Origin: Phycisphaerae bacterium
Lineage (GTDB): Bacteria; Planctomycetota; Phycisphaerae; JAJVII01
Assembly (NCBI GenBank): GCA_022072085.1
Contig: JAJVII010000043.1
Location: forward strand, 446 to 64,445
DNA: 64,000 nt
Direction: 5' to 3'
Notes under the pieces: model-generated
Told to the model about the DNA's origin: nothing
Databases searched by the model: none
Seen by the model: only the letters and a program-made list of their open reading frames with translations
Part shown: piece by piece, positions 1 through 9,135 of the stretch
How positions within the stretch are numbered: position 1 is the first letter of the stretch
Layout: each line of letters starts with the position of its first letter
Translations under genes and position numbers: made by a program

Positions 1-767
1 ACCTCCGGGGCGTAGTTGCGCAGGCGGATGCCCTTGAGGTCAGCCGGGTCGCCGCCGAAGGTCAGCGGGCGTCCGTGTTCGAGGTAGACCAGGTTCTCGC
101 TGCGGGCTTTCTTGTCGGTGACGGCTTCGTGGCTCTCGGTGTTGAAGGTGGGGCAGCTCTGGTAGACCTCGATGAAGGCCGTGCCGCGATGCTTCGTGGC
201 CCGCTCGACCATCGCCCCCAGGTGCTGCACGTCCATATCGACCGTGCGGGCGACGAAGGTCGCGCCGGCGCCCAGCGCCAAGGCCGCGGGGGTGATCGGC
301 CATTCGATCGTGCCGGCCGGGCTGCTCTTGGTCCGCTTGCCGTGCTCGCTGGTCGGGCTGTACTGCCCCTTGGTCAGGCCGTAGATGCGGTTGTTCAGCA
401 GCAGGATGTTCACGTCGAGGTTTCGGCGGATGACGTGGATGAGGTGGTTGCCGCCGATGCTCAGTGCGTCGCCGTCGCCGGTGACGATCCAGACATCCAG
501 GTCCGGCCGGGCCAGCTTGAGCCCCGACGCGACGGTCGGCGCCCGCCCGTGCAGGGTGTGGAAGCCGTAGGTGTTCATGTAGTAGGGGAAGCGGCTGGAG
601 CAGCCGATGCCCGAGACGAACACCGTCCGTTCCGGGCGCACGCCGGCATCGGCGAGCACCTTGCGGACCTGGACCCAGACCGAGTGGTCGCCGCAGCCGG
701 GGCACCAGCGTGCCTGCTGGCTGGAGGCGAAGTCCTTGGGGGTCAGCTTGGGCGACTCGTCCATCAT
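1..767 (-). CDS. korB: 2-oxoacid:ferredoxin oxidoreductase beta subunit (TPP-binding); 3'-truncated by the window edge
   Basis: Not in the ORF track because there is no in-window stop. The minus-strand reading from ATG at 767 gives MMDESPKLTPKDFASSQQARWCPGCGDHSVW...GIGCSSRFPYY...GRAPTVASGLKLARPDLDVWIVTGDGDALSIGGNHLIHV... This is the classic KorB/PorB TPP-binding beta subunit with its CPGCGDH motif, starting 18 nt after the korA stop. The listed ORF 40..705(-) is in a different frame and is low-complexity junk. Confidence 0.8.
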   Translation of the reverse strand, partial: MMDESPKLTPKDFASSQQARWCPGCGDHSVWVQVRKVLADAGVRPERTVFVSGIGCSSRFPYYMNTYGFHTLHGRAPTVASGLKLARPDLDVWIVTGDGDALSIGGNHLIHVIRRNLDVNILLLNNRIYGLTKGQYSPTSEHGKRTKSSPAGTIEWPITPAALALGAGATFVARTVDMDVQHLGAMVERATKHRGTAFIEVYQSCPTFNTESHEAVTDKKARSENLVYLEHGRPLTFGGDPADLKGIRLRNYAPE

Positions 768-787
768 GACGCAGGATTCGGTCGAGC

Positions 788-2674
788 TCACTTGTTGGCT
801 CCTTCAGCAGTCAGCCTCAGCTTGAGGGTTTCGCGGATCGCCCGGGCGATGTCGCCGACAGCCAGGGGCTGGCCCTGGATGCGGTTGAAGCCGGCGGCGT
901 CCACCAGGTAGCGGTCGCGCAGCAGGCCGCGGAGTTGGCCGAGATTGCCCTCGACGACCAGCACGCGGTCGAACCGCTTCAACCGCTCGCCCAGGTCCGC
1001 GGGCAGCGGGTTGATCGCACGCAGGTGGCAGTGGCTGACGGTGACGCCCTCGTCGGCCAGTCGGCTGACGGCCGTGCGGATCGCCCCGCAGGTTCCGCCC
1101 CAGCCGACGACGAGCAACTCGCCGCGGTCAGGGCCGCTCCACAGCAGGCCGGGGCCTTGCAGCTTGACGCCGGCGACCTTGGCCGCCCGCAGCCGGACCA
1201 TCTTCTCGTGGTTGGCCGGGTCGTGGCTGACCTGGCCGGTGACGTCCTGCTTCTCCAGCCCGCCCAGGCGGTGCATCAGTCCGGGCGTGCCGGGGATCGC
1301 CCAGGGCCGGGCCAGTTCCTCGTTGCGCTGGTAGGGCTTGAACGTCGCCGGGTCGGTCGGGTGGGTCACCGGGATCGGCGCCAGCGTGCTGAAATCCGGC
1401 ACGCGCCAGGGCTCGGCGCCCTGGGCGAGGTAGCTGTCGGAGAGCACGACGACCGGAACCATGTAGCGGATCGCGATGCGGGCGGCCTCCAGCGTCGCCT
1501 CGAAGCAGTCGCCCGGCGACGCCGCCGCCAGCACGACCACGGGGCTCTCGCCGTGTCGGCCGAATATCGCCTGGTGCAGGTCGCTCTGCTCGGTCTTGGT
1601 CGGCAGGCCGGTGCTCGGCCCGCCGCGCTGGACGTTAACGATGACCACCGGCAGTTCGGCCATGACGGCCAGGCCGATCATCTCGCTCTTAAGGGCCATG
1701 CCCGGTCCGCTGGTTCCGGTGGCGGCGAGGTGGCCGCCGAAGGCAGCGCCGACGGTAGCGCCCATCGCGGCGATCTCGTCCTCAGCCTGGAAGGTCACCA
1801 CGCCGAAGTTCTTCAGCCGCGACAGCTCGTGGAGGATTTCGCTGGCCGGGGTGATCGGGTAGCTGCCGTAGAAGAGCTTCTTGCCGGCCAGTTGGGCGGC
1901 CGCGACCAGGCCCAGCGCGGCGGCCTGGTTGCCGGTGATCTTGCGATAGGTCCCCGGCGACTGCGGGGCCTGGTCGATGGTGTAGCGGTGGGTGAACAGC
2001 TCAGCCGACTCGCCGTACTGGTGTCCGGCGCCGAGGACTTTCAGGTTGGCCTCGACGAGCTGGGGCTTCTTGGCGAACTTGCTGCGGATGAACTGCTCGG
2101 TCGAGGCGGTTGGACGATCGAACAGCCAGCAGACCAGCCCCAGGGCGAACATGTTCTTGCAGCGGTCGGCTTCCTTAGCGCCAACGCCCAGGTCGGCGAC
2201 GGCCTGCTGGGTCAGCCGCGTCATCGGCACGCGGTAGAGGGTATAGCCCTTGAGCAGTGCGCCGTCGAGGCAGTCGGCGGGCAGGTCGGCCTTGGCCAGT
2301 TCCTTGGCGTTGAAGCTGTCCTCGTTGACGATGATGAGGCCGTCGGGCTTGAGCCGGGCCAGGCTGACCTTCAGCGCCGCCGGGTTCATCGCGACCAGCA
2401 CGTCGATCTCGTCGCCGGGGGTCTGGACGTCGCGGCTAGCGAACTGGAGCTGGAAGCCCGAGACCCCCGCGACGGTGCCGACGGGGGCGCGGATTTCCGA
2501 GGGGAAGTCCGGCAGCGTGGCGATGTCGTTGCCGGCGATTGCACAGGCGTCGGAGAACTGGCCGCCGGTGAGCTGCATCCCGTCGCCGCTGTCGCCGGCG
2601 AAACGGATGGTCACGGTCTGGAGAGGGGTGCGCGGCTTGCCCTGGCCGCCGCCGTTGTTGCCGGACGTTATCAT
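788..2674 (-). CDS. korA: 2-oxoacid (2-oxoglutarate/pyruvate-type):ferredoxin oxidoreductase alpha subunit
   Basis: 628 aa with typical KorA/OorA alpha-subunit N-terminal pyrimidine-binding and central domains (…GNQAAALGLVAAAQLAGKKLFYGSYPITPASEILHEL…GHLAATGTSGPGMALK…). Forms an operon with the downstream beta subunit. Confidence 0.85.
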   Translation of the reverse strand: MITSGNNGGGQGKPRTPLQTVTIRFAGDSGDGMQLTGGQFSDACAIAGNDIATLPDFPSEIRAPVGTVAGVSGFQLQFASRDVQTPGDEIDVLVAMNPAALKVSLARLKPDGLIIVNEDSFNAKELAKADLPADCLDGALLKGYTLYRVPMTRLTQQAVADLGVGAKEADRCKNMFALGLVCWLFDRPTASTEQFIRSKFAKKPQLVEANLKVLGAGHQYGESAELFTHRYTIDQAPQSPGTYRKITGNQAAALGLVAAAQLAGKKLFYGSYPITPASEILHELSRLKNFGVVTFQAEDEIAAMGATVGAAFGGHLAATGTSGPGMALKSEMIGLAVMAELPVVIVNVQRGGPSTGLPTKTEQSDLHQAIFGRHGESPVVVLAAASPGDCFEATLEAARIAIRYMVPVVVLSDSYLAQGAEPWRVPDFSTLAPIPVTHPTDPATFKPYQRNEELARPWAIPGTPGLMHRLGGLEKQDVTGQVSHDPANHEKMVRLRAAKVAGVKLQGPGLLWSGPDRGELLVVGWGGTCGAIRTAVSRLADEGVTVSHCHLRAINPLPADLGERLKRFDRVLVVEGNLGQLRGLLRDRYLVDAAGFNRIQGQPLAVGDIARAIRETLKLRLTAEGANK

Positions 2675-3647
2675 GCTGGCTCCCTGTCTGAGGTCACTGC
2701 CCGGAATCCCGGCGCTGCCGGGGTGAATCCAGTATTATGCCGCGTGGACCGCCCGTGATGGAAGGGGGAATCTTGCTTGTGACGAATATCACAAGCGAAG
2801 CAGGGCGACCGATCTGTCGGCCGCCCTGTCGTCTGGGGCCCGCTGGTGGATGTCTGGACAATCGCTGGTCGTTGACCGGCGCCGCTCATGGCACGCTCTG
2901 CACTCTAGACGGCTGTCCGCCCCGCCGGCCGTCCAAAATGAACAGGCCGACTCTCCGCGACTGATCTGAGGAGAGTCGGCCGATATCGACCGTCTCGTTG
3001 CCCGACCCGGGTGGGCTCGTGTCGGTGCGGATCCAGGTGACCGGAAGCGGCGGACGGCGACACGATCCGTCGGCTGAGAGTTCCCCGGAAACCAGGGAAC
3101 GACTCGATGGCAACCTGCCTTCGTGCGATTCAGGCCGCCGGATGGTGTTTCCGCCGCAACCGAACTCAACAACGCCCTGATGCAAGTCCCGCGTTCGCAG
3201 CATCTCTTGAGGTGGGAAATCTGGCTGCACGTCCGGGTGTCGATCAGTTGCGGGGCTCCCACCCGCGTCAGGCGCCCCTATAAAGATGCAAACCGCGTGC
3301 CACCACCGGTCAACTTGCGATTTTCGGCCTGGAGCGGCCGGATCGCGTTCTGACGCAATGCTTTACGGCCTGGCGCCATCGTCCCGCGGCCAGGGCCCGA
3401 GGCCTGGGTTTCCCGCAAACAGGAAGGGGCCCGGCCGGTGCATGCCAAATGTGGGAACGATTCCTCTGCCATGTTGCGGAGACCCTCTGTTCTTGCGGCC
3501 CTGATCGGGGTTGGCCGCTGCCGCTCGGCTGGCACGCCGTTTGCTCCCGGCTTGGTTGGAGGGGCCGGTCGCCCATCTAAGGAGTCCGCCATGTGGTGGG
3601 GGAAAGTGAAAGCTGACGGCTTTCAATCGGCAGCGGGAGGGCATACG

Positions 3648-5132
3648 ATGAACCCAGCCGGGAGCGGCCCGGGCGGATCGGCCGCGGCGGAGGCGCCGCA
3701 GCCGGTAACCAGCCCCTTCTCCCCCGGCGGGACAGGCCCGATGCCCTCGAGCAAGAAGATCCTGATCGTCGAGGACGAGTCGCTGCTGCGCGAGTCGCTG
3801 GCTGAACTGCTGGCCGGCGAAGGCTATGCCGTCGTCCAGGCCGAGAACGGCCGCGTCGCCCGCGAGAAGGTGCTGGCTGAGCCCGTGGACCTGGTGCTGT
3901 CCGACGTGCGGATGCCGGAGATGGACGGCATAGAGCTGCTCGGCCACCTGCACCAGATCGTGCCCGAGACGCCGGTCATCATGATCACGGCCTACGGCAC
4001 GGTGGAGAGCGCGGTCAAGGCGCTCCAGGCCGGGGCGTACGACTACCTGCTCAAGCCGGTGCAGTTCGAGGACGTGCTGGCCAAGATCGAGCGGGCGCTT
4101 CAGTACCAGGAAATCACGCGGACGCAGCGCGTCATCACCGAGCAACTGGCAGCCGACAGCCTGTTTCACAACCTGATCGGCCGATCGCAGACCATGACCC
4201 GCCTGTTCGAGACGGTCCGCAAGCTCTCGACGGTCCGCAGCAACGTGCTGATCGGCGGGGAGTCGGGCACGGGCAAGGAACTGTTCGCCCGGGCGATCCA
4301 CTACAACGGCATCACGCGGAACAAGCCGTTCGTCGCGGTCAACTGCGGGGCGATCCCCGACACGCTGATCGAGAGCGAGCTGTTCGGCTATCGGCGCGGG
4401 GCGTTCACCGGGGCGACGCGCGACAAAATCGGATACTTCGAGGCGGCCAACAACGGCACGCTGTTCCTGGACGAGATCAGCACGCTGCCGCTGGCGGTGC
4501 AGAGTTCGCTGCTGCGGGTGCTGGAGGAGCGCGTGGTCGTGCCGGTGGGCGACACGCAGCCGCGGCCGGTGGAGCTGCGCGTGATCGCCGCGAGCAACCA
4601 GGATCTGGACAAGATGGTCGAGGAGAAGCGGTTCCGCGAGGACGTGCTGTTCCGCCTGAACGTGGTGAAGCTGATTATCCCGCCGCTGCGGCAGCGCAAG
4701 GAGGACATCCCGCTGCTGGTGCAGCACTTCCTGGAGAAGTACACGTCGGAGTTGAACAAACAGGTCGCGGGCATCACCAACGGGGCGATGCGGGCGCTGC
4801 TCAACCACGACTGGCGGGGCAACGTGCGCGAGCTGGAGAACGTGATCGAGCGAGCCGTGATCTTCGCCGACGGGCGGCAGGTCGGCGTCGAGGACCTGCC
4901 CTTCGCAACCGATGACATGACCGACGAGGTCGGCGAGGACCTCAAGGAAGCGCTGCGGCAGTTCGAGCGCCAGCACATCATCCAGGCGCTGCGCCGCCAC
5001 CACTACGACAAGGTGGAGACGGCCAAACACCTGGGCATCGGCGTCTCGAGCCTCTACCGCAAGCTGGACGAGCTGGAGATCAACAAGAATCTGGACGAGA
5101 CGGAGTCGGCGCAGGGGGAGGAAAGAGGCTAG
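3648..5132 (+). CDS. Sigma-54-dependent response regulator (NtrC family: REC + AAA+ sigma-54 activator with GAFTGA + C-terminal Fis-type HTH)
   Basis: REC domain (KKILIVEDE…DLVLSDVRMPEMDG), Walker A (GESGTGKE), GAFTGA loop (RRGAFTGATRDK) and a C-terminal HTH (KVETAKHLGIGVSSLYRKL). The ORF-track start at 3438 is an upstream extension. Start 3648 is preferred because GGGAGG lies 7 nt upstream; 3741 is an alternative. Confidence 0.85.
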   Translation: MNPAGSGPGGSAAAEAPQPVTSPFSPGGTGPMPSSKKILIVEDESLLRESLAELLAGEGYAVVQAENGRVAREKVLAEPVDLVLSDVRMPEMDGIELLGHLHQIVPETPVIMITAYGTVESAVKALQAGAYDYLLKPVQFEDVLAKIERALQYQEITRTQRVITEQLAADSLFHNLIGRSQTMTRLFETVRKLSTVRSNVLIGGESGTGKELFARAIHYNGITRNKPFVAVNCGAIPDTLIESELFGYRRGAFTGATRDKIGYFEAANNGTLFLDEISTLPLAVQSSLLRVLEERVVVPVGDTQPRPVELRVIAASNQDLDKMVEEKRFREDVLFRLNVVKLIIPPLRQRKEDIPLLVQHFLEKYTSELNKQVAGITNGAMRALLNHDWRGNVRELENVIERAVIFADGRQVGVEDLPFATDDMTDEVGEDLKEALRQFERQHIIQALRRHHYDKVETAKHLGIGVSSLYRKLDELEINKNLDETESAQGEERG

Positions 5133-5134
5133 CG

Positions 5135-5204
5135 ACTAGAGGCCAGAGGCTAGAGAAGACCCTCCCCTCTCTAGCCCCTAGCCCCTGACCTCTAGCCTCT
5201 GGCC
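5135..5204. terminator. Long imperfect hairpin just after the activator gene stop (stem CTAGAGGCCAGAGGCTAGAG / CTCTAGCCTCTGGCC); a possible intrinsic terminator or attenuator, and the first member of the word-repeat palindrome family.
   Basis: Arms at 5135-5154 and 5189-5204 are reverse complements with a ~35-nt loop, lying between the stop at 5132 and the next start at 5219. There is no clear U-tract. Confidence 0.35.
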
Positions 5205-5218
5205 CCCGGACACACACC

Positions 5219-6235
5219 ATGAGAGTCACCTGGGTCATCCTGATCGCGGTGCTGGTCGGACTGATCGTCGCCCTGATGGGCTGGCTGGGGCACATGCCGG
5301 GACCCGGCAACACCCCGGCGACGCCCGCGCCGCCGCCAGCCGCCGGTCCGCCGCCCCTGCGCATCGGCGTCGTGCCCGAGCGCAACATCTACGAGCAACT
5401 CAACCGCTATCGGCAACTGACGGCCTACCTCCAGGCCCGGCTCGGCCAGCCGGTCGAGGCCGTGACGCTGAACACCTACCAGGCGGTGCTCCAGGACTTC
5501 CAGGACGGCAAGCTGGACGCGGCGTTCCTCGGCTCGCTGGCGGCGGTGCTCACGCTGGACCGCTGCAAGGCCCGCGTGCTGGTCAAGCCCGTCGTCGAGG
5601 TCCCCGACCCGGCGACCGGAAAGCTCATCCCGACGACGACCTATCGCGGGGTAATCTTCGTCCGCGACGACTCGCCGATCCGCGACATCGCCGGGCTGGC
5701 CCGCAAGACGATCGGCATGGTCAAGACGACGACGGCCGGACACCTCTTTCCCAAGTTCGTGCTCTTCGAGGCCGGGCTGCTCGACGGGCCCGACGCGCCG
5801 ACCACCGCCTGGCCGGGCACGCATGACGAGGCGATCCAGGAAGTCGTCGATCGCCACATCGACGCCGGGGCCGCGAAGGACCTGCGCGTGATGGCCTGGC
5901 AGGCCGACCATCCGCAGGTGAAGCTGCGCTGGCTGGCAGTCGGCCCGCCGGTGCCCAACAACGCCCTGGTGGTGCACCGCGACATGCCGCCGCAACTGCG
6001 GGCCCGGCTGCGCCAGGCGCTGCTGGGGATGGACTCGGACGACGCCGGCCGACGCGTGCTGGCCGACTTCGGGGCCCTGCGGTTCGTCGACTGCGACATC
6101 ATGGAGTATCAGGCGATCTGCGAGATGGTCAAGAAACTGGGCGACAACTGGAAGAAGATGGCCATCGAGGGCCCGCCGCCGGACCTGAAGCTCGGCTGCG
6201 ATACGCCGACGACGGCGTCCGAGAGTGCTGAGTGA
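5219..6235 (+). CDS. Membrane-anchored periplasmic solute-binding protein, PhnD/SsuA-like (phosphonate-binding fold); probable sensory partner of the adjacent kinase module
   Basis: N-terminal TM helix, a Pro-rich linker, then a ~280-aa domain resembling ABC phosphonate/sulfonate periplasmic binding proteins (GVVPERNIYEQLNRYRQLTAYL…). The call is by family resemblance only. Confidence 0.55.
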   Translation: MRVTWVILIAVLVGLIVALMGWLGHMPGPGNTPATPAPPPAAGPPPLRIGVVPERNIYEQLNRYRQLTAYLQARLGQPVEAVTLNTYQAVLQDFQDGKLDAAFLGSLAAVLTLDRCKARVLVKPVVEVPDPATGKLIPTTTYRGVIFVRDDSPIRDIAGLARKTIGMVKTTTAGHLFPKFVLFEAGLLDGPDAPTTAWPGTHDEAIQEVVDRHIDAGAAKDLRVMAWQADHPQVKLRWLAVGPPVPNNALVVHRDMPPQLRARLRQALLGMDSDDAGRRVLADFGALRFVDCDIMEYQAICEMVKKLGDNWKKMAIEGPPPDLKLGCDTPTTASESAE

Positions 6236-6360
6236 AGAGTGCTGAGTGCTGAGTAAGAAGTGCTGAGTGAAGAGTGCTGAGTGCCGAGTCCTGAGTGGCG
6301 GAAGTGAAGACCTGCTCTTCGCCCCGCACTCAGCACTCAGCACTCGGCACTCGGGACTTT
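6232..6360. repeat. Word-repeat inverted-repeat element: (GTGCTGAGT)n ... (ACTCAGCAC)n
   Basis: Forward copies of GTGCTGAGT/GAAGAGTGCTGAGT are followed by reverse-complement copies ACTCAGCACTCAGCACTCGGCACTCGG. It would form a long hairpin and has lower GC than the flanks. Confidence 0.6.
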
Positions 6361-6364
6361 CTTC

Positions 6365-7390
6365 ATGCTGCGACGCAAACTGCTGATGATCCTCGGTTCG
6401 CTGGTGGTGCTGCTGGCGGTGGTGGCGGCGCTGGCGGTGTGGCAGCTCCAGCAGGTGCTCTCGCGCCTGGACCACATCACCAGCGAGGCCGTGTCGCTGG
6501 TCACCGAGGTCAACGAGGTCGGCGCCAAGCTGACGCAGGTGGAAGTCGAGCTGTACGAGATTCAGCTCGGCCAGCAGCGCCACCTGGATCGGCTGATCGA
6601 CGACGTGGAGGCGATGCGCCGCCGGGTCGACGACATGCAGGGCCACCCCCTGCTCAGCAGCGGGCCCGGGGCCGACGCGTACGGCCGCATCCGCGGGCAG
6701 ATCCCCGCGTTCGCCGGACAGGTCGGCTCGCTGGCCACCACGCGCGACCCGGAACTGGCCCAGCAGCACAACAAGCGCGCCCTCCAGCTCTCGGTGAGTC
6801 TGAGGCGGGACATCCTGGACCTCAGCGACGTGGTCCGGCGCAACGCCGAAACCGAACAGAACGGGCTGGCGGCCCAGTTCCGTTGGCTGGTGCTGGGCCT
6901 GGCGCTGGTCTTCCTGCTGGTCATCAACATCTCGATCATGCTGCTGTGGCGGGTGGCCAGCATCATCCTTCGGCCGGTGGACGAGCTGGTGGCCGCCAGC
7001 CGCCAGCTCGGCATGGAGCACTTCGACCACCGCGTGCAGCTCAAGCAGAAGGACGAGTTCGGCGAACTGGCCGGCGCGTTCAACAGCCTGGGCGAGCGGC
7101 TGGCCGCCAACGAGCAACGCAAGATCGAGATGCTCCACCAGGTGGCGCTGACGCTCAACCACGAGCTGAACAACGCGATCGCGATCATCGAGCTGCAACT
7201 GGAGCTGCTCAGCCAGCAGGCCGGGATCAGCCAGGACGGGGCCTGGCCCAAGTGCCTGCGGCAGATCCGCGAGAACCTCAGGCGGATGACACAGACGGTG
7301 CAGGCGCTCAAGAACATCCGCCGCGTGGTCTTGACCGACTACACGCCGGGCGAGAAGATGATCGACCTGGAAGAGTCCACCCGGGACTGA
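6365..7390 (+). CDS. Signal-transduction protein with 2 TM helices, a HAMP and a DHp-like (HisKA-like) helical domain but no HATPase catalytic domain
   Basis: TM1 at residues 6-28 and TM2 at ~170-195, followed by HAMP-like heptads and an H-box-like LNHELNNAIAII. The protein ends at 341 aa without N/G1/G2 ATP-binding boxes. Confidence 0.6.
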   Translation: MLRRKLLMILGSLVVLLAVVAALAVWQLQQVLSRLDHITSEAVSLVTEVNEVGAKLTQVEVELYEIQLGQQRHLDRLIDDVEAMRRRVDDMQGHPLLSSGPGADAYGRIRGQIPAFAGQVGSLATTRDPELAQQHNKRALQLSVSLRRDILDLSDVVRRNAETEQNGLAAQFRWLVLGLALVFLLVINISIMLLWRVASIILRPVDELVAASRQLGMEHFDHRVQLKQKDEFGELAGAFNSLGERLAANEQRKIEMLHQVALTLNHELNNAIAIIELQLELLSQQAGISQDGAWPKCLRQIRENLRRMTQTVQALKNIRRVVLTDYTPGEKMIDLEESTRD

Positions 7391-7706
7391 GCCGGCCCGG
7401 GCGCAATGTCGAATGTCGAATGACGAATGAAGGAAGAGGCAGGACGGCTGCCGCCTGTGGCGTGCCATGAGTCCTGCTTTTTCGGGATCGGCTTCCGCGA
7501 GCCGCGAACGGGAGTTCGCGGATGGGCTGTGACCGGTGCAACGGCCGCGATGCCGCGCGATCTACCCGCCAGCTTCCGCTGGCGGCTCGAAAAGGCAAGA
7601 GTCGCGGCGTTGATGCCCCACACTCACCAGCCGCGGGCGCCGGAAGCGCATAAGTCTCCTGTTCCGGTTCGTCATTGATTCGGCATTCGACATTCGTTAT
7701 TCGACA
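7391..7706. repeat. MITE-like element bounded by inverted CGAATGTCGAATGACGAATG / CATTCGACATTCGTTATTCGACATTG word repeats
   Basis: Left end 7395-7420 carries GCAATGTCGAATGTCGAATGACGAATGAAGG and right end 7670-7706 carries CGTCATTGATTCGGCATTCGACATTCGTTATTCGACATTGG. The same repeat words recur at 35972-36231 and 36922-37085. The element occupies the whole intergenic spacer. Confidence 0.55.
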
Positions 7707-9056
7707 TTGGCTTCGGTCATCGTCATGAGTCCGACGCAACGAGAGATGCTGGCCAACCCGCTGCTGGTGCAATTGCGCTGGTTCATTTCGCTGCGCTGGG
7801 TGGCCGGTCTGGCAGTGGTGGCCGTCGCGCTGCTGGACCGCTTCTGGCTGCACTGGTACCAGGTCGACGGCTCGGTCGTGGACGCCTGGATCGTCGGCGT
7901 CGGGGGCGCGATCCTGGTCTACAACGCCCTGCTGCGGGTCTGGGTCCGACGCCTGATCGCCCACCCGCGGCACCTGATCGTCCTGTCGTGGACGCAGATC
8001 CTTCTCGACCTGGCCTGCCTGACGGTGCTGGTCCTCTGGGCCGGCGGTCCGGTCAGCCCGTTCCTGCTCTTTTTCGTCTTCCACATGGTCTTCACCAGCC
8101 TGCTGCTGCCCCAGCGGATGGCCTACGGCGGCGCCCTGGTCGCGATCATCATGGTCGTCTGCGGGCTGTGGTTGTACGGGACGCTGCCCGGCTCGCGCCA
8201 GAGCTGGCTGATGCTGGCCGGCTGGGGCATCACGCTGCTGCTGACGGTCTACCTGGCCAACCACATCACGCGGAGCATCCAGCGGCAGTGGCGTCGCCTG
8301 GCCCGGCAGAACAGCCGCATCCGCCGCATGTCCCGCCGCCTGCGGCTCCAGCAGCAGGCAATGATCCAGGGCGAGAAGATGGCCGCCCTGGGCCAGATGG
8401 CCGCCGGCGTCGCCCATGAAATCTCCAACCCCCTGGCCGGCATGGACAGCCTGCTCCAGCTCATCCAGCGACACCCCGAGCGGCAGAGCCCCGACCAGGT
8501 CTCCAAGCTCCGCGAGCAGATCGAGCGGATCAAGACGATCATCCGCCAGATGCACACCTTCAGCCACCCCTCGCAGACCGAGGGCCGCACCGTCGTCGCC
8601 GACGAACTGATCGACGACGCCCTGCGGATGCTTCAGTTCGACCGGCGGCTCAAGCGGGTCGAGGTCCGCCGCGAGCCGGCCCAGCCGCCCTGCCGCATCC
8701 ATGTCCAGCCCGAGGCCGTCCACCAGGTGCTGGTCAACCTGGTCATCAACGCCCTGGACGCAATGGAGGACCGCCAGACGCGGATCCTCACCGTCCGCAC
8801 CCGCCGCGACGGACGCTGGTGTCTGATCGACATCATCGACACCGGACACGGCATCCCCGACTCGCAGCGCAACCGGCTGTTCGAGCCCTTCTTCACCACC
8901 AAGCCGGTCGGCAAGGGCACCGGACTGGGCCTTGCCATCAGCTACGGACTGGTCAGCAAGCAGGGCGGGCGGATCGAAGTCCAGAGCCAGCCCGAGACCG
9001 GCACCACCTTCACCGTCTACCTTCCCGTCGCCGACGCAGCCGCGTCAGCCAAGTGA
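7707..9056 (+). CDS. Sensor histidine kinase (polytopic membrane N-terminus, HisKA, HATPase_c)
   Basis: About 6 TM helices, H-box VAHEISNPLAGM, N-box LVNLVINALDA, G1 DTGHGIP and G2 GKGTGLGL. Confidence 0.8.
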   Translation: MASVIVMSPTQREMLANPLLVQLRWFISLRWVAGLAVVAVALLDRFWLHWYQVDGSVVDAWIVGVGGAILVYNALLRVWVRRLIAHPRHLIVLSWTQILLDLACLTVLVLWAGGPVSPFLLFFVFHMVFTSLLLPQRMAYGGALVAIIMVVCGLWLYGTLPGSRQSWLMLAGWGITLLLTVYLANHITRSIQRQWRRLARQNSRIRRMSRRLRLQQQAMIQGEKMAALGQMAAGVAHEISNPLAGMDSLLQLIQRHPERQSPDQVSKLREQIERIKTIIRQMHTFSHPSQTEGRTVVADELIDDALRMLQFDRRLKRVEVRREPAQPPCRIHVQPEAVHQVLVNLVINALDAMEDRQTRILTVRTRRDGRWCLIDIIDTGHGIPDSQRNRLFEPFFTTKPVGKGTGLGLAISYGLVSKQGGRIEVQSQPETGTTFTVYLPVADAAASAK

Positions 9057-9135
9057 AGCGATCCCTGCGACCGCGCAAACAAGACGCCCCCGTCCTTGCG
9101 GGCGGGGGCGCCACGCGGAACATCCGGGCGGTGCG

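Noticed and set aside
40-705. ORF 40..705(-) (221 aa) overlapping the korB region
   Set aside because: Wrong frame. The product is Arg/Pro/Gly low-complexity, while the korB frame (ATG at 767, minus strand) gives a clean TPP-binding beta subunit.
935-2758. ORF 935..2758(+) (607 aa) and ORF 75..911(+)
   Set aside because: Antisense to korA/korB. The long open frames are an artefact of high GC (few stop codons), and the products are Ala/Arg/Gly-rich with no domains.
3363-5030. ORF 3363..5030(-) 555 aa
   Set aside because: Antisense to the sigma-54 activator gene. Low-complexity composition.
5192-7468. ORF 5192..7468(-) 758 aa
   Set aside because: Antisense shadow spanning the PBP and HAMP genes. 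No motifs.
7308-8849. ORF 7308..8849(-) 513 aa
   Set aside because: Antisense to the histidine kinase.
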